Assembly: GCA_023334545.1 (NCBI GenBank)
Contig: JAADVB010000051.1
Location: forward strand, 27,444-91,443
Reading direction: 5' to 3'
DNA: 64,000 nt
From: Salisapilia sapeloensis CBS 127946
Taxonomy: Eukaryota > Protista > Oomycota
Below, in pieces: positions 23,154 to 32,934 of this stretch; the first letter of the stretch is position 1; the number at the start of each line of letters is the position of its first letter. The translations under genes were made by a program, and so were the position numbers. The notes below the pieces were generated by a model. The model did no database searches. It saw only the letters and a list, made by a program, of their open reading frames with translations, and was not told the origin of the DNA.

Positions 23154-23329
23154 GCTTGGAAAGTAGAGTCGTACCGTAGCCTTTATGTCATATACTTAAT
23201 ACAAATTCCCATATATTTGTGGAAGTTGCATGTATCCGGATACGGTGTTAAGTAGCCATCCGCATATTCTGAGGTATACTTGAATCAAATGCGTTTGAAT
23301 ATTCATACTTTCGACACAAACTGCCAAAA

Positions 23330-25164
23330 ATGGAGGGCGGCAGTCGACAAAGTGAGCCCCAGGACAGTAACCAGGCGTCCGGATCCCATAGCAACGTGTA
23401 TGAGCAGTACATTGATATCAAAAAGGGGCTAGACAACGGGATGCATGCTTCCTCTGAGCGTGCGTCAGATTCTGCCAATAACAGCAATGCCTCTGCGAAT
23501 GTCATGCCAGAAATTACCAATTCGACAGGTACTGATCCATTTAGATTCTTTCAATTTGTACTGCATTGACTTAGAAGGAAGTCTACATGCATTGTCGTAA
23601 GAACTAAATTACTGATAATGTGTTGTTTGTATCTCTGCAGATGAATTGGAAGCGGGGGAAGTGGTACGTGCATCCTAGCTCCATACTTTTTGCACTACCG
23701 CTCATATCTTGCATGTAGATGCCATCACTTGGAAGCAACAGCAAGTTTCGGAAGGATGAACCTCCCAATCAGCAATATGCTGGCGGTCGTGGATACGGAC
23801 AGTCGAGTCCTCGTGGTCGTGGGCCACCAGACAATCACTATGATCGCCGTAGCCCTCCTCCAGACTTTCGCCGAGGTTCTAGCCTAGACCGTGGTGGTCG
23901 AGGCAGTCCTCGAAATGACTGGCGAGGGCCTCCAAGTCCAAGAGGCGGTCGCGGGTCGCCACCCTGTCCGATGAGCCCAGGAAGAGGTTCTCCAGGTCGC
24001 TTTCGTGGCCGTTCGCGTAGCCCAATGAGAGACGGACGTGGTCCTAGTCCAATGAATGGAAGAGGGTCTCGAGGATTTGGACGTGGACCTCCTAGTTCTG
24101 GAGGAGGCCGTGGACCCGTGAGTCCGGAAGGATATGGTCGTCGGCCTCCTAGTCCTCGAGGAGGCCGTGGTCCACTTAGTCCAGGAGGATACGGTCGTGG
24201 TCCACCTAGTCCGAGAGGGTACGGCCGTGGCCCACCAAGTCCAGGAGGATACGATAGAGGTCCACCTAGTCCGAGAGGGGGGCGTGGACCGATGAGTCCG
24301 AGACATGATTCCGGCCATCCGCATAGCCCGCCGCGAGGCCCTCCACGTGATCGCAGCCGTAGCCCAGGCAGAGGACCACCGCCAGGATCTCCACGCGATC
24401 GCAGACGCAGTCCTTTTAGAGGTCCACCACCTGGTCCTCCACGCGGCCGTAGTCGTAGCCCACCAAGAGGTCCTCCGCCAGGTCCTCGTAGTCGTAGTCG
24501 TAGCCCTTTCAGAGGTCCTCCACCTGGTCCTCCACACGGCCGTAGTCGTAGCCCACCAAGAGGTCCTCCGCCAGGTCCCCCACGCGGTCGCAGCCATAGT
24601 TCGTTCGGGGGACCTCCCCCAGGTCCACCGCGTAGCCCATCAAGAGGTCCTCCGCCTGGCCGAAGTCGTAGTGCGTACAGTCGAAGTAGTCACGATCGTC
24701 TCCCTCCTCCTGAAGCCTATCCGGATGTCGGTGGCAACCCTCGTAAGCTGCGTGTGCCGCATCAAGGAGACTGGACTTTTGCCCTGCATCGTAGTAAGAA
24801 GTTCCACTGTCGATGCATTGGCATGGCAACTGCGCTGCCATCTCCTGTCCAGTTGCCGCAATTCGTGGACGTGGCACAACTTCCTCCGTTGGAAAAGTTT
24901 GACGAGTTTATGATGATGGAAAGTCGCTCCATAAAGCGTGTCGTGTACGAGTTACTGCCGGAGACGATTGAAGACAAGCCTCGTTATGAAGAATTCCGTG
25001 ATTATCTACTACGTGGTCGTAAAGGCAGTGCTCGAGCCGGAGCTGCATTGGAGATGGATACACTTGGTTTCAAAATATTCATCATCCCGCCTGGAGACAA
25101 AGCTCGTCGATTGGGGTACAAGGATATGCAGATGATTGCCGTTTTGCGTGAAAAGAAGCAGTAG
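23330..25164 (+). CDS. RS/RGG/Pro-rich disordered protein with C-terminal SPOC-like domain, 3 exons
   Basis: Introns 23529-23640 and 23664-23718 flank a 23-nt micro-exon. C-terminal GDWTFALHRS...LP..VDV...YEEFRDYLL..RAGAA...IFIIPPG resembles SPOC. Confidence 0.75.
24080..24670 (+). repeat. Coding tandem repeats: ~10-aa GPPSPxGYGR units, then ~16-aa RGPPPGPPRGRSRSP units
   Basis: Directly visible ~30-nt periodicity (ccacctagtcc...) and near-identical ~70-nt blocks at ~24415 and ~24508. Confidence 0.9.
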
Positions 25165-25282
25165 TTGGTCTTTCGCCCACGACAAAAGATGCTGTGTCAA
25201 TTTTTAACGTCCAATATCAAAAGCAAGTGGTTTCGTGCATTTCATAGTTTGATTAAACGAGTTCACATGGAAAACAAACGTC

Positions 25283-28200
25283 TTAAAGAATCCCCAAGTA
25301 GACGCGCTGATACTTGTCATACCATCGCGTGCGCCAGTTGTTCATGGACCGATCGATGAGTTGGTTCACGAACTTATTACAAGTGCTCGTGCGTTCACCA
25401 GGTTTCAGTCGCGATCGCAAGCCTTCGATCACAGCTTTATTTCCGCCGGCAAAGCAAGGCAAGTCGGCATTCCCGACGAGCATCATCTCTACCATGAGCG
25501 TGATCTTGTCCATGTTGCGTCTCAAGGCCAAGTACGCTCGGATGCATAGGGATCTAAAGTATCGGAAGGTAGAGCTGCGTGGACCGCCCATGAGCTCAAT
25601 GAACTCATCGGTGAGCTTAAAAGGTGCACGCTCAAAGTTCATGTTACTCCCTGGGCTGTTCGTAAGGAAGAAGCCGAAGTCAATGTGGATGAGACGACCG
25701 TCCGTGTCCACAAGGATGTTTCCGTTGTGTCTGTCTTTGATCTGGAAGACGTAGCACAGGATCGAGTACGCCGCCAAGCTCTGGACAAAGAGTCTGCGAG
25801 CACGAAGGAAGCCACGAGACTCCCTTGGGCCATGCAACCGTTCGAAAAAGTCTAATAAAGTCGTGTACTCCGGATCGTTCCGCTTCAACGAGTCCAGAGA
25901 CACAGTATCAGGAACGGCTTCCACGAGTCCAGCCGTGGCGGATGTGGCAATGACGTTGTAAGGTCTCAATGCTAACGGAAGCTTGTAAGCTTTAAAGATC
26001 CGGTCGCACTGGGCAATCAATTGAGCTGCGAACTGCTCCTGTCGGAGATCGTCGTCGCTCTTAACGATGACAGACATGAGTCTCCATCCAGGATGCTCTC
26101 CAAATGGCGACGACTGTCGAATCCGAGCTTCCTTTTCACTCCACTGTTCTCTAAAGACAATCACTTCTTCCTCTTCTTCTTCCACTTCCTCCTCCTTCTC
26201 CGTCTCACCATAGTCTGTATCGACAGATTCTCTCCCGGCATCAATTTCATGCTCCTGGTCTGACTCTATTTCATCTAAACCAAAATTTTCGTTCCAGGCA
26301 GCAGCGTCTGTAAAGTCCAGACTGACGCTCATATCTCTCCCTCGCGCACGGTCTTCCTCCTGTTCCTTGCCATCATCATCCTCCTTTTCTTTCACATCTG
26401 GTGTACTCACCTGTGGCTTTTCATCCGGTGTCTTTAAAAAGTCATTGCTATTCCGTGGAGTTGCTTCTTCCAGCGGCGGGTACATGGACGCAGGCGAATT
26501 GTCTAGCACGACTGTCACGTCCGTCATCAAAGGAGTGTCGGTATTCGCAGTCTCGGAACCTCGAAGACGTGTGGATAAAGATGAGTAGAGACTGCCGAGC
26601 TGTTTACTAGCAGTCGCCACGCCAGACTTGGCCAGCTTACCTCCTTGCTTACGCACGCGAGGCAGTCCCCACTGCCCCATCTTGTTTTTCTTCTGCTCCA
26701 CGACAGCTTCACTGGTTTCACTACTTGTCTCTTGCGTCGGTGTGATGGCTGAGATGCCATTCACTACGCTCTCACGCACACTGTTGATTCCAGACGTGAT
26801 GGCAGCTGTATATGAATCATCCTCTGCTTCTGCATCGGCACTAGGAGAGATATCAGTTGCAGGGAGCTTCTCCACGTGCTCTTCACTTGGAGCTTCAGTC
26901 TTGTGCGTATCGACTGGTGTCATCGGCGGCTCCTGCGCTGGTGTCGATGGCTCAGTCACTTGAGACGCATCTGCCTCAGCATCACGCTTCATGATTTCCT
27001 GATTGCTCTTAAACGGATTTCGCAGTTTCTTACGCATAAATTTCCTTCCTCGACGCTTTCGACGTTTCTTAGAGATCGAAATGCATGGATCAGATGATTG
27101 TGGAGGCGAGTAGTCCAATACTTCGACACACATAAAGAACGGAACACGCTCTTTTGTGGAGAAACAAAAGCTTTCGTCAATATGAATCGCTTTAACGCGA
27201 TGACAAGAGTTACCAATAGGTAGATAGATGACGTTGGATGGCAAGTAAGTTTGGTTGATACCATCTAGACCTTCTCTTAGCTTCGTATTGCGTTGAGCTA
27301 ATGGCTCTGGGATTAATTCATGAGCCAAGCGAGTGAGCTCTGCAACGAACGCAGGCGTTTGTTGGTATAATGTCATCTGAAGGGGGTTTCCTTCCTCTGG
27401 CTTAGCTTCATACGTCAACATCTCTTTCGTGTGCATGAGATGGTCGGCGAACGACTGGTCGCTCTTGAGTATATCCGAAGTCAAGCCCTTGTCGATGGAA
27501 AAAGTGGACCAGCGACGCCGGCGGAGGTTGTTCGGATACTTAATCGACACTTCTTCCTGACACAGTCCGTTGCTCATTAAGAGCGCGGGTACTCCTGCAC
27601 GTTCTTCAATGGCAGTGAGTAGATCGGCATCCTCCACGTCCGACGTCTGGGATGACGTGACGCTCAACGACTCACTCTTGTATCCTTTAACTCCATTACA
27701 GTAGGACTGGAGGAACCACTGCAACCGATGAGCAAAGGCAAGTGAGTCGTTGCATCGAGATAGGAGGAAACATTCGAGTTGGTGCTGTTTCGCGTAATTT
27801 CCATGGACGAAGAATGTGCATAGTTGTGGAATGTAGAATTCAAATTCGACCGCATTGGCTTCATAACTCTTATACAGCTCCGACACAATGTCCTGATGCG
27901 CATATAGCTTTAACAAGAGTGGGAACAAGTCTTGATCGGCTGCTTTTTCTTCATAGGCAGCAGCTCCTGGGTCTGTTTTAGATAAATGAGATAGTTTCTC
28001 CATCGTCGATCGTAGCTTTTGGTCCCACGTGTGCTTGAATCTGTCTTCGGTGGACAAATCGTCCTCCACTTCGTCTTCATTGACGCTAGAGACGCTTAGA
28101 GGAGGAGCACTTCCACTCGTCTGTCTGCCTGTCGCGTAGGACGAAATAGAGTTTATATATGGTAGAGGCAGAGACACAGCTCGAGCGAGGGATGGAGAGT

Positions 28201-28633
28201 TGAGAGAAGAGGAAACGCTGGATGCAATCGTCGCTTCCGAAGTTATACTCAAGCGACCTGGGTCGGTGCTATCGTCTGTTTTCTGCTGCTTCTTACTCGA
28301 CTTGGAGCCAAATATGGATGACTTGAGGCGTCGCGGGATTTTCGGCATCCCGAACGAATACGAGGATGAGGAAGCTGTCGAATGGCGAGAGTCGGAGTAC
28401 GTGGAAGAGGATGGGGACGACTGGAAAGCTGCCTCACTGTCTGTGTCAGGCATGTCCATCTCGCTCAAGGGAGTGAAGCCACCGTGGTACTCTTTATCTG
28501 GTTCGGTCTCCTCAAATTGCTTGTCCTTTAGCGTCGACATACCCGATACCGGCGTTCCAGCAGTCGAAACTTTGGAAGGTGTCTCCTCTCCTTCAGGCTC
28601 CATTGAAGACGTCTGATGTTGTAGGGACGCCAT
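25283..28633 (-). CDS. PI4K: Phosphatidylinositol 4-kinase, type III beta-like
   Basis: EFEFYIPQL helical domain, FSTKERVPF, IVKSDDDLRQEQFA, QIKDRHNGNIL, HIDFGF, FERAPFKLT, YDKYQ. Confidence 0.95.
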   Translation of the reverse strand: MASLQHQTSSMEPEGEETPSKVSTAGTPVSGMSTLKDKQFEETEPDKEYHGGFTPLSEMDMPDTDSEAAFQSSPSSSTYSDSRHSTASSSSYSFGMPKIPRRLKSSIFGSKSSKKQQKTDDSTDPGRLSITSEATIASSVSSSLNSPSLARAVSLPLPYINSISSYATGRQTSGSAPPLSVSSVNEDEVEDDLSTEDRFKHTWDQKLRSTMEKLSHLSKTDPGAAAYEEKAADQDLFPLLLKLYAHQDIVSELYKSYEANAVEFEFYIPQLCTFFVHGNYAKQHQLECFLLSRCNDSLAFAHRLQWFLQSYCNGVKGYKSESLSVTSSQTSDVEDADLLTAIEERAGVPALLMSNGLCQEEVSIKYPNNLRRRRWSTFSIDKGLTSDILKSDQSFADHLMHTKEMLTYEAKPEEGNPLQMTLYQQTPAFVAELTRLAHELIPEPLAQRNTKLREGLDGINQTYLPSNVIYLPIGNSCHRVKAIHIDESFCFSTKERVPFFMCVEVLDYSPPQSSDPCISISKKRRKRRGRKFMRKKLRNPFKSNQEIMKRDAEADASQVTEPSTPAQEPPMTPVDTHKTEAPSEEHVEKLPATDISPSADAEAEDDSYTAAITSGINSVRESVVNGISAITPTQETSSETSEAVVEQKKNKMGQWGLPRVRKQGGKLAKSGVATASKQLGSLYSSLSTRLRGSETANTDTPLMTDVTVVLDNSPASMYPPLEEATPRNSNDFLKTPDEKPQVSTPDVKEKEDDDGKEQEEDRARGRDMSVSLDFTDAAAWNENFGLDEIESDQEHEIDAGRESVDTDYGETEKEEEVEEEEEEVIVFREQWSEKEARIRQSSPFGEHPGWRLMSVIVKSDDDLRQEQFAAQLIAQCDRIFKAYKLPLALRPYNVIATSATAGLVEAVPDTVSLDSLKRNDPEYTTLLDFFERLHGPRESRGFLRARRLFVQSLAAYSILCYVFQIKDRHNGNILVDTDGRLIHIDFGFFLTNSPGSNMNFERAPFKLTDEFIELMGGPRSSTFRYFRSLCIRAYLALRRNMDKITLMVEMMLVGNADLPCFAGGNKAVIEGLRSRLKPGERTSTCNKFVNQLIDRSMNNWRTRWYDKYQRVYLGIL

Positions 28634-28756
28634 CCTTCTCAGACAATTGCTCTACACTTCCTAGACGTGTGCTCGCTGTCGTGACTGCCGCAATGACCTC
28701 TCCCGAAAGCCGTGGCGGTGCTCGTTATCAGCCAATAAAGCGGTTGAAAAATTCCT

Positions 28757-28769
28757 TTTTCAGCCAATC
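28757..28769. promoter_or_regulatory. Extended CCAAT box (TTTTCAGCCAATC) upstream of PI4K
   Basis: Exact 13-mer also found, inverted, at 63751-63763; 124 nt from the PI4K ATG. Confidence 0.6.
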
Positions 28770-29052
28770 TGACGCCAGTGCTGAGAAAAGTGGGAAAGTC
28801 ACCTGCTTTTCACGCCCACGATGCCAGATCACAGCATGTACGTGTATGTGCATGCACAAGTCGACGACTAGGAACATTAGAAACCGACGTGCACAAGTAC
28901 GTCTCTCCCTGTCGTTTCCGTCGCATGGGTTGCGTCTTTTCATCATGATTCATATCCGACAGAAGGTCACTACGAAACGAATTAACCACGATCTCGATTA
29001 ACAATTCGACTGCTACTGGACGACGAAAAGATAGAAATTACATTTATTCGAC

Positions 29053-32000
29053 CTACTCGTCTCCTGATTTCACTTCCTTGTCCACACGCTCTCGTTCTTC
29101 CTCTAGTTCCTGTGATAGCTGCGAAGCAGACTCAGCACGTGCTCTGGCATACTCTTGGAAACCGACGAGATGCTGGATGTCTCGTCGAAAGACGAACGCA
29201 GCAATCGATAGGATGATCACAAATACAAAAATTCCGCCCTGTCGCCATTCCTTGGCTGCCTTGTAGTCATCGATGTGATCGTAACGATTCCGTAGATGCG
29301 ACGGTAGCTCGAATTGAGACGGTTTGGGCCAAATCGATAGGAACAACTCGTGCAAGATGCGACTGACACGCTCCGAAGGGTTCTTCATATCGTCATTGAT
29401 GCACACAAACTTCGTTCGTCTCGCTCGAGTGCCGAGCATCTGCCCCCACGCAAACCGGAAGTTCTCGCTCAGCATGTGGAACGTCACCTCGCTCTCCCCG
29501 TCGAGCGCCACAGCCGACGGTTCATTACGTACATTCGTCAGCAGACTGCTAGTCACATTCGGACATGAACGTAGGTCATTTAACGTGATATGTGGTATCA
29601 ACGTCTCCGACAGACGTAGCGTACCCTTTGCAGTGGTAACTTCCCTCACTTTCTCCTGCTTGGGAGGTTGAATGCACGTCTTGACATCCTCTAGAAACTC
29701 ATCTGAAGGAATATCTCCGCGCGATAGACTTGCTAGTGTCAAGATCTCGTTTTCATCTAGAAATCCATTGCGATTCACGTCCAGATACTCGTGCCATACA
29801 TCTTCCAAGCTCGGACGATATAGTTTATGTCGATTCAAAAGGAAATGGAAGTAGGAAAAGCTGAATTGCATGTCCTGCGGATGTCGGAATCGATGGCTAC
29901 TCGTCGCGTTGATAGCGAGTGGCCAGTTCTGCTTGATTTCGTTCAGCTTCGAGCGTTGGAGCATGAACGGCATGTGAGATGGGACTCGACGGCGTGATGG
30001 CGGAAGTCCGTGTGGATCTTGAGACACAGGTTTACCAAAGACGCGGTTGTACAAGTTATTGGCGAAGCGTAACGAGTCCCCAAACGTGTCTCTGGATAGC
30101 TCTTTCGGTTGTATATTCTGCTTCTTGTGCGTTTTCGACCCACTGGACTTGGACTCCTCTTCGACGCACACGTCGTCCTCCAAAGCATCCGAGCTCTCGA
30201 CGATGGAAAGACCTGTGATATGTAGTATGTATCTGTATGAAGATTGGAACAAGTTACGGAGCACATCAATGGTAGAAGCATTGCTAGCACGTTCCTTTGC
30301 TCGTCGATGTCGTCGCTCCTGGGCATCGCACGCAAGTATTTTGCCTGCTTCTTCACTCGCCTGCGTCTCCTCATCTGATTCATGATCATCCGTCGAGTCC
30401 ACAGGGGCTCGGTTATACGCTACTTCCCAAGCATGCGCGTCATGAACGTTGCAAATGGGTGGAGAGATGTGCAGTATCTCCAAGGAGATGTCCCAGCAGC
30501 TCTCTTCCCCTTCCAAATACAAGATAGAGTCGATTAGTTCAGCTTGACGCTCCAACTCCTCCAGTCTCCTTTGGATTGTTCGTAGATGCACAGCGTGGAG
30601 GACGTGAGTGTGGGGTGGCACGAGTGCGAAGTCAATGCAATAGATCTTTCTTGTTGCAATCTCGTCATCAGCATTTCCAAAACAGACACGTCCATCGATA
30701 ACGCTGTCAGATGCGTTCATCTGGGATGGATGTAAAGGCAGCTGAAAGTCCATGGCGATTCCAGAGCTATCTGTAGATACTCTGCAGGAAGTCTCATCCG
30801 TGTCAAGCGTTTCTTCCTGGTTCTTATCTCTAACTCCCATCATCTCGTCTTCTTCCATCCATGCACCAACTTCGTCGTCATCGTCGTTGTGCTCCAAGTC
30901 CCCAAAGCTGACCGAAGCACCCGTCTTATCTGTAGATCCACTTCCTGCTTTCTTTGCTTCCTCTGCATGCTGATGATTTGGTGCATGCGGCTGCTCTTCT
31001 TCCGCTCTTGTCGGTTTATTATCAGGGATGTTAACAAGGCATGAATGATCATCCGTCCACGTAGGTTCTCTTTCATCCACTTCATCTCTATCGATCGAAC
31101 GAGGCCAGAAACCAGCAATAGCGTCGAGTAGGAAAATGTCACCAGGCGACCACCGAACTTTGTTCATAATGTCAAAGGGTAGTTGAAGTCGAGCATGCAT
31201 AATAGATGTCTCCGAGCTCTGATTTCCACCTGCAGCGTCGCCTGAAAAGTCCAGTTGTACACCACTTGTCTGGTCTGCAAGACGATCGATTGATACGGAA
31301 GTAAAGTTAAAAGGCAGTCGAATGCGCTTCGGTCTAATGGTAGAGTTGAGGAAGGTGACGCTACCGCTAGACGCCAGCGGCTGCTGGCCACGAACAAGCG
31401 TGAAGTGGATGCTAACATCCTCTTCATCAACCGTTTCCACAGTCTCTCTGTCATTTTCCTCGTCTTCCTTTACAATAGATTGGACAAGAGTACCCTTCTT
31501 GCCATGGACAGTGAAGGAGACGCCTCCTGTCATTCGATGTCCGTCAAAGTCTCTTCCAAACACGACCAACAGTTTCATGTCTTCTTCAAAGACCGATGCA
31601 TGTCGTACCAGACGTTCGTTATTGTGCTCTGCTGCTTCAATACGACTATAGTTGCTAGGAAACAGTTTGGATAGGTCGAGCATGACAGCGCCTTCTTCTA
31701 ATGAAACATGCACCAGTGTGTCATTCGCACGCAGCTTGGCAGAGTACAGTTCGTCGAAATCGCCGCCGTCATCGCATGCTCCTGCATCAAACCCACACTC
31801 TTTTATATTGCATCGACGATTGCAATTCTTGTCTCCGATCCACGCGAACCGACAGGACTGGACGCATAGGTCATCACTGAGTTTCGAGCCTACTTGTCGC
31901 TCTGCTTGAGCAGTGTCCTGTTCGTCGAGAATTTCTTCCACTTTGCGAGGATCACAGTACAATTCTGCATCGATGTCATGACTTGAAACTCGGCATCCAC

Positions 32001-32841
32001 AATCGCCCATGTCAAAATCACACGCCGTGACATTGCATTTAGCATCACAGACTCCATTCTGGAGCTGGCTCTGCGCACACCCGTTCGAGCACTCGGGTAC
32101 TTCCCATGCGAAATAGGCTTTCTGGACTTTACGAACAGTCATAAAATCTTCTGGATAGACTGGAGCACCGAGGAAGACGTCGTCGTTGAAATAGATGAAT
32201 GATTCACTTAATCCTGGGATGTTGTCTAGATTCCACTCGATGGCAGGGGAGCTAAAGACTGGTAGATGAGACTTGTTATCAAAGATGTCTTCGTGCTTGA
32301 CGATTTGCAGCCGAGGCGAGTCAAGATCTAACCAAGATGGGACTTGTCCGGAGGTTACGATGTAAATGCGTCGAAGCCACGGCGCGTATTTTTCGAGCGA
32401 ACGTAAAGAGTACCGTAGCTCTTCGTTATCACGAAAACGATTGTCTGAATTCGACTTGTCTTTCTTCGCTTTACTTGCGGTAGGCTTGACACCCGTCATC
32501 TCTTCCATCCAGAGTTCATGAAAGTGCTCCTTATCTGCCTTCCAACGAGGATCAGATCCATTCACCCACGTATAAACTGCATCAATGGGTCCATAAGCAA
32601 GGTAGTCAGCACCAGGTACACCGCCAATGTTATCTCGGTAGTTTGGAAATCGATTGACAAGTGATGTGCTTGCTGGTGCTTCGATGACCATCCCATAGAG
32701 CACCACTAATGCTGCCCCAAGCAGCAACGATAATACAGAAGCCATGGTAACTAGTTTTCTTGAGAAAGAGCTATTTTGTAGATTGAGAGATGGAATAGCT
32801 TCTCCCTCCGAGCCACGTCGACGAGCTCGTCGCGACGCCAT
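29053..32841 (-). CDS. GNPTAB: UDP-GlcNAc:lysosomal-enzyme GlcNAc-1-phosphotransferase alpha/beta precursor (Stealth family)
   Basis: N-terminal TM; CR1 IDAVYTWVNGSD; CR2 RFRDNEELRYSLRSLEKYAPW..FIYFNDD; LNR/Notch Cys repeats; DTFGDSL..VPSHMPFM (CR3); EF-hand DVNRNGFLDENE; CR4 KFVCINDD; C-terminal TM. Confidence 0.9.
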   Translation of the reverse strand: MASRRARRRGSEGEAIPSLNLQNSSFSRKLVTMASVLSLLLGAALVVLYGMVIEAPASTSLVNRFPNYRDNIGGVPGADYLAYGPIDAVYTWVNGSDPRWKADKEHFHELWMEEMTGVKPTASKAKKDKSNSDNRFRDNEELRYSLRSLEKYAPWLRRIYIVTSGQVPSWLDLDSPRLQIVKHEDIFDNKSHLPVFSSPAIEWNLDNIPGLSESFIYFNDDVFLGAPVYPEDFMTVRKVQKAYFAWEVPECSNGCAQSQLQNGVCDAKCNVTACDFDMGDCGCRVSSHDIDAELYCDPRKVEEILDEQDTAQAERQVGSKLSDDLCVQSCRFAWIGDKNCNRRCNIKECGFDAGACDDGGDFDELYSAKLRANDTLVHVSLEEGAVMLDLSKLFPSNYSRIEAAEHNNERLVRHASVFEEDMKLLVVFGRDFDGHRMTGGVSFTVHGKKGTLVQSIVKEDEENDRETVETVDEEDVSIHFTLVRGQQPLASSGSVTFLNSTIRPKRIRLPFNFTSVSIDRLADQTSGVQLDFSGDAAGGNQSSETSIMHARLQLPFDIMNKVRWSPGDIFLLDAIAGFWPRSIDRDEVDEREPTWTDDHSCLVNIPDNKPTRAEEEQPHAPNHQHAEEAKKAGSGSTDKTGASVSFGDLEHNDDDDEVGAWMEEDEMMGVRDKNQEETLDTDETSCRVSTDSSGIAMDFQLPLHPSQMNASDSVIDGRVCFGNADDEIATRKIYCIDFALVPPHTHVLHAVHLRTIQRRLEELERQAELIDSILYLEGEESCWDISLEILHISPPICNVHDAHAWEVAYNRAPVDSTDDHESDEETQASEEAGKILACDAQERRHRRAKERASNASTIDVLRNLFQSSYRYILHITGLSIVESSDALEDDVCVEEESKSSGSKTHKKQNIQPKELSRDTFGDSLRFANNLYNRVFGKPVSQDPHGLPPSRRRVPSHMPFMLQRSKLNEIKQNWPLAINATSSHRFRHPQDMQFSFSYFHFLLNRHKLYRPSLEDVWHEYLDVNRNGFLDENEILTLASLSRGDIPSDEFLEDVKTCIQPPKQEKVREVTTAKGTLRLSETLIPHITLNDLRSCPNVTSSLLTNVRNEPSAVALDGESEVTFHMLSENFRFAWGQMLGTRARRTKFVCINDDMKNPSERVSRILHELFLSIWPKPSQFELPSHLRNRYDHIDDYKAAKEWRQGGIFVFVIILSIAAFVFRRDIQHLVGFQEYARARAESASQLSQELEEERERVDKEVKSGDE

Positions 32842-32878
32842 GGTCTTTGCCCTCAGATCGTGCTCAGATCGAGGTTGT

Positions 32879-32891
32879 GATTGGATAAAAA
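32879..32891. promoter_or_regulatory. Extended CCAAT box in the GNPTAB/VPS20 bidirectional promoter
   Basis: GATTGGATAAAAA, central in a 93-nt head-to-head gap. Confidence 0.55.
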
Positions 32892-32934
32892 TCGATGACG
32901 ATACATTTGTATGGAGTGCAGGACGAAAGAGGTA

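Noticed and set aside
24080-24670. Regular repeats as a CRISPR or satellite array
   Set aside because: In-frame coding repeats of a eukaryotic gene, with no repeat-spacer structure.
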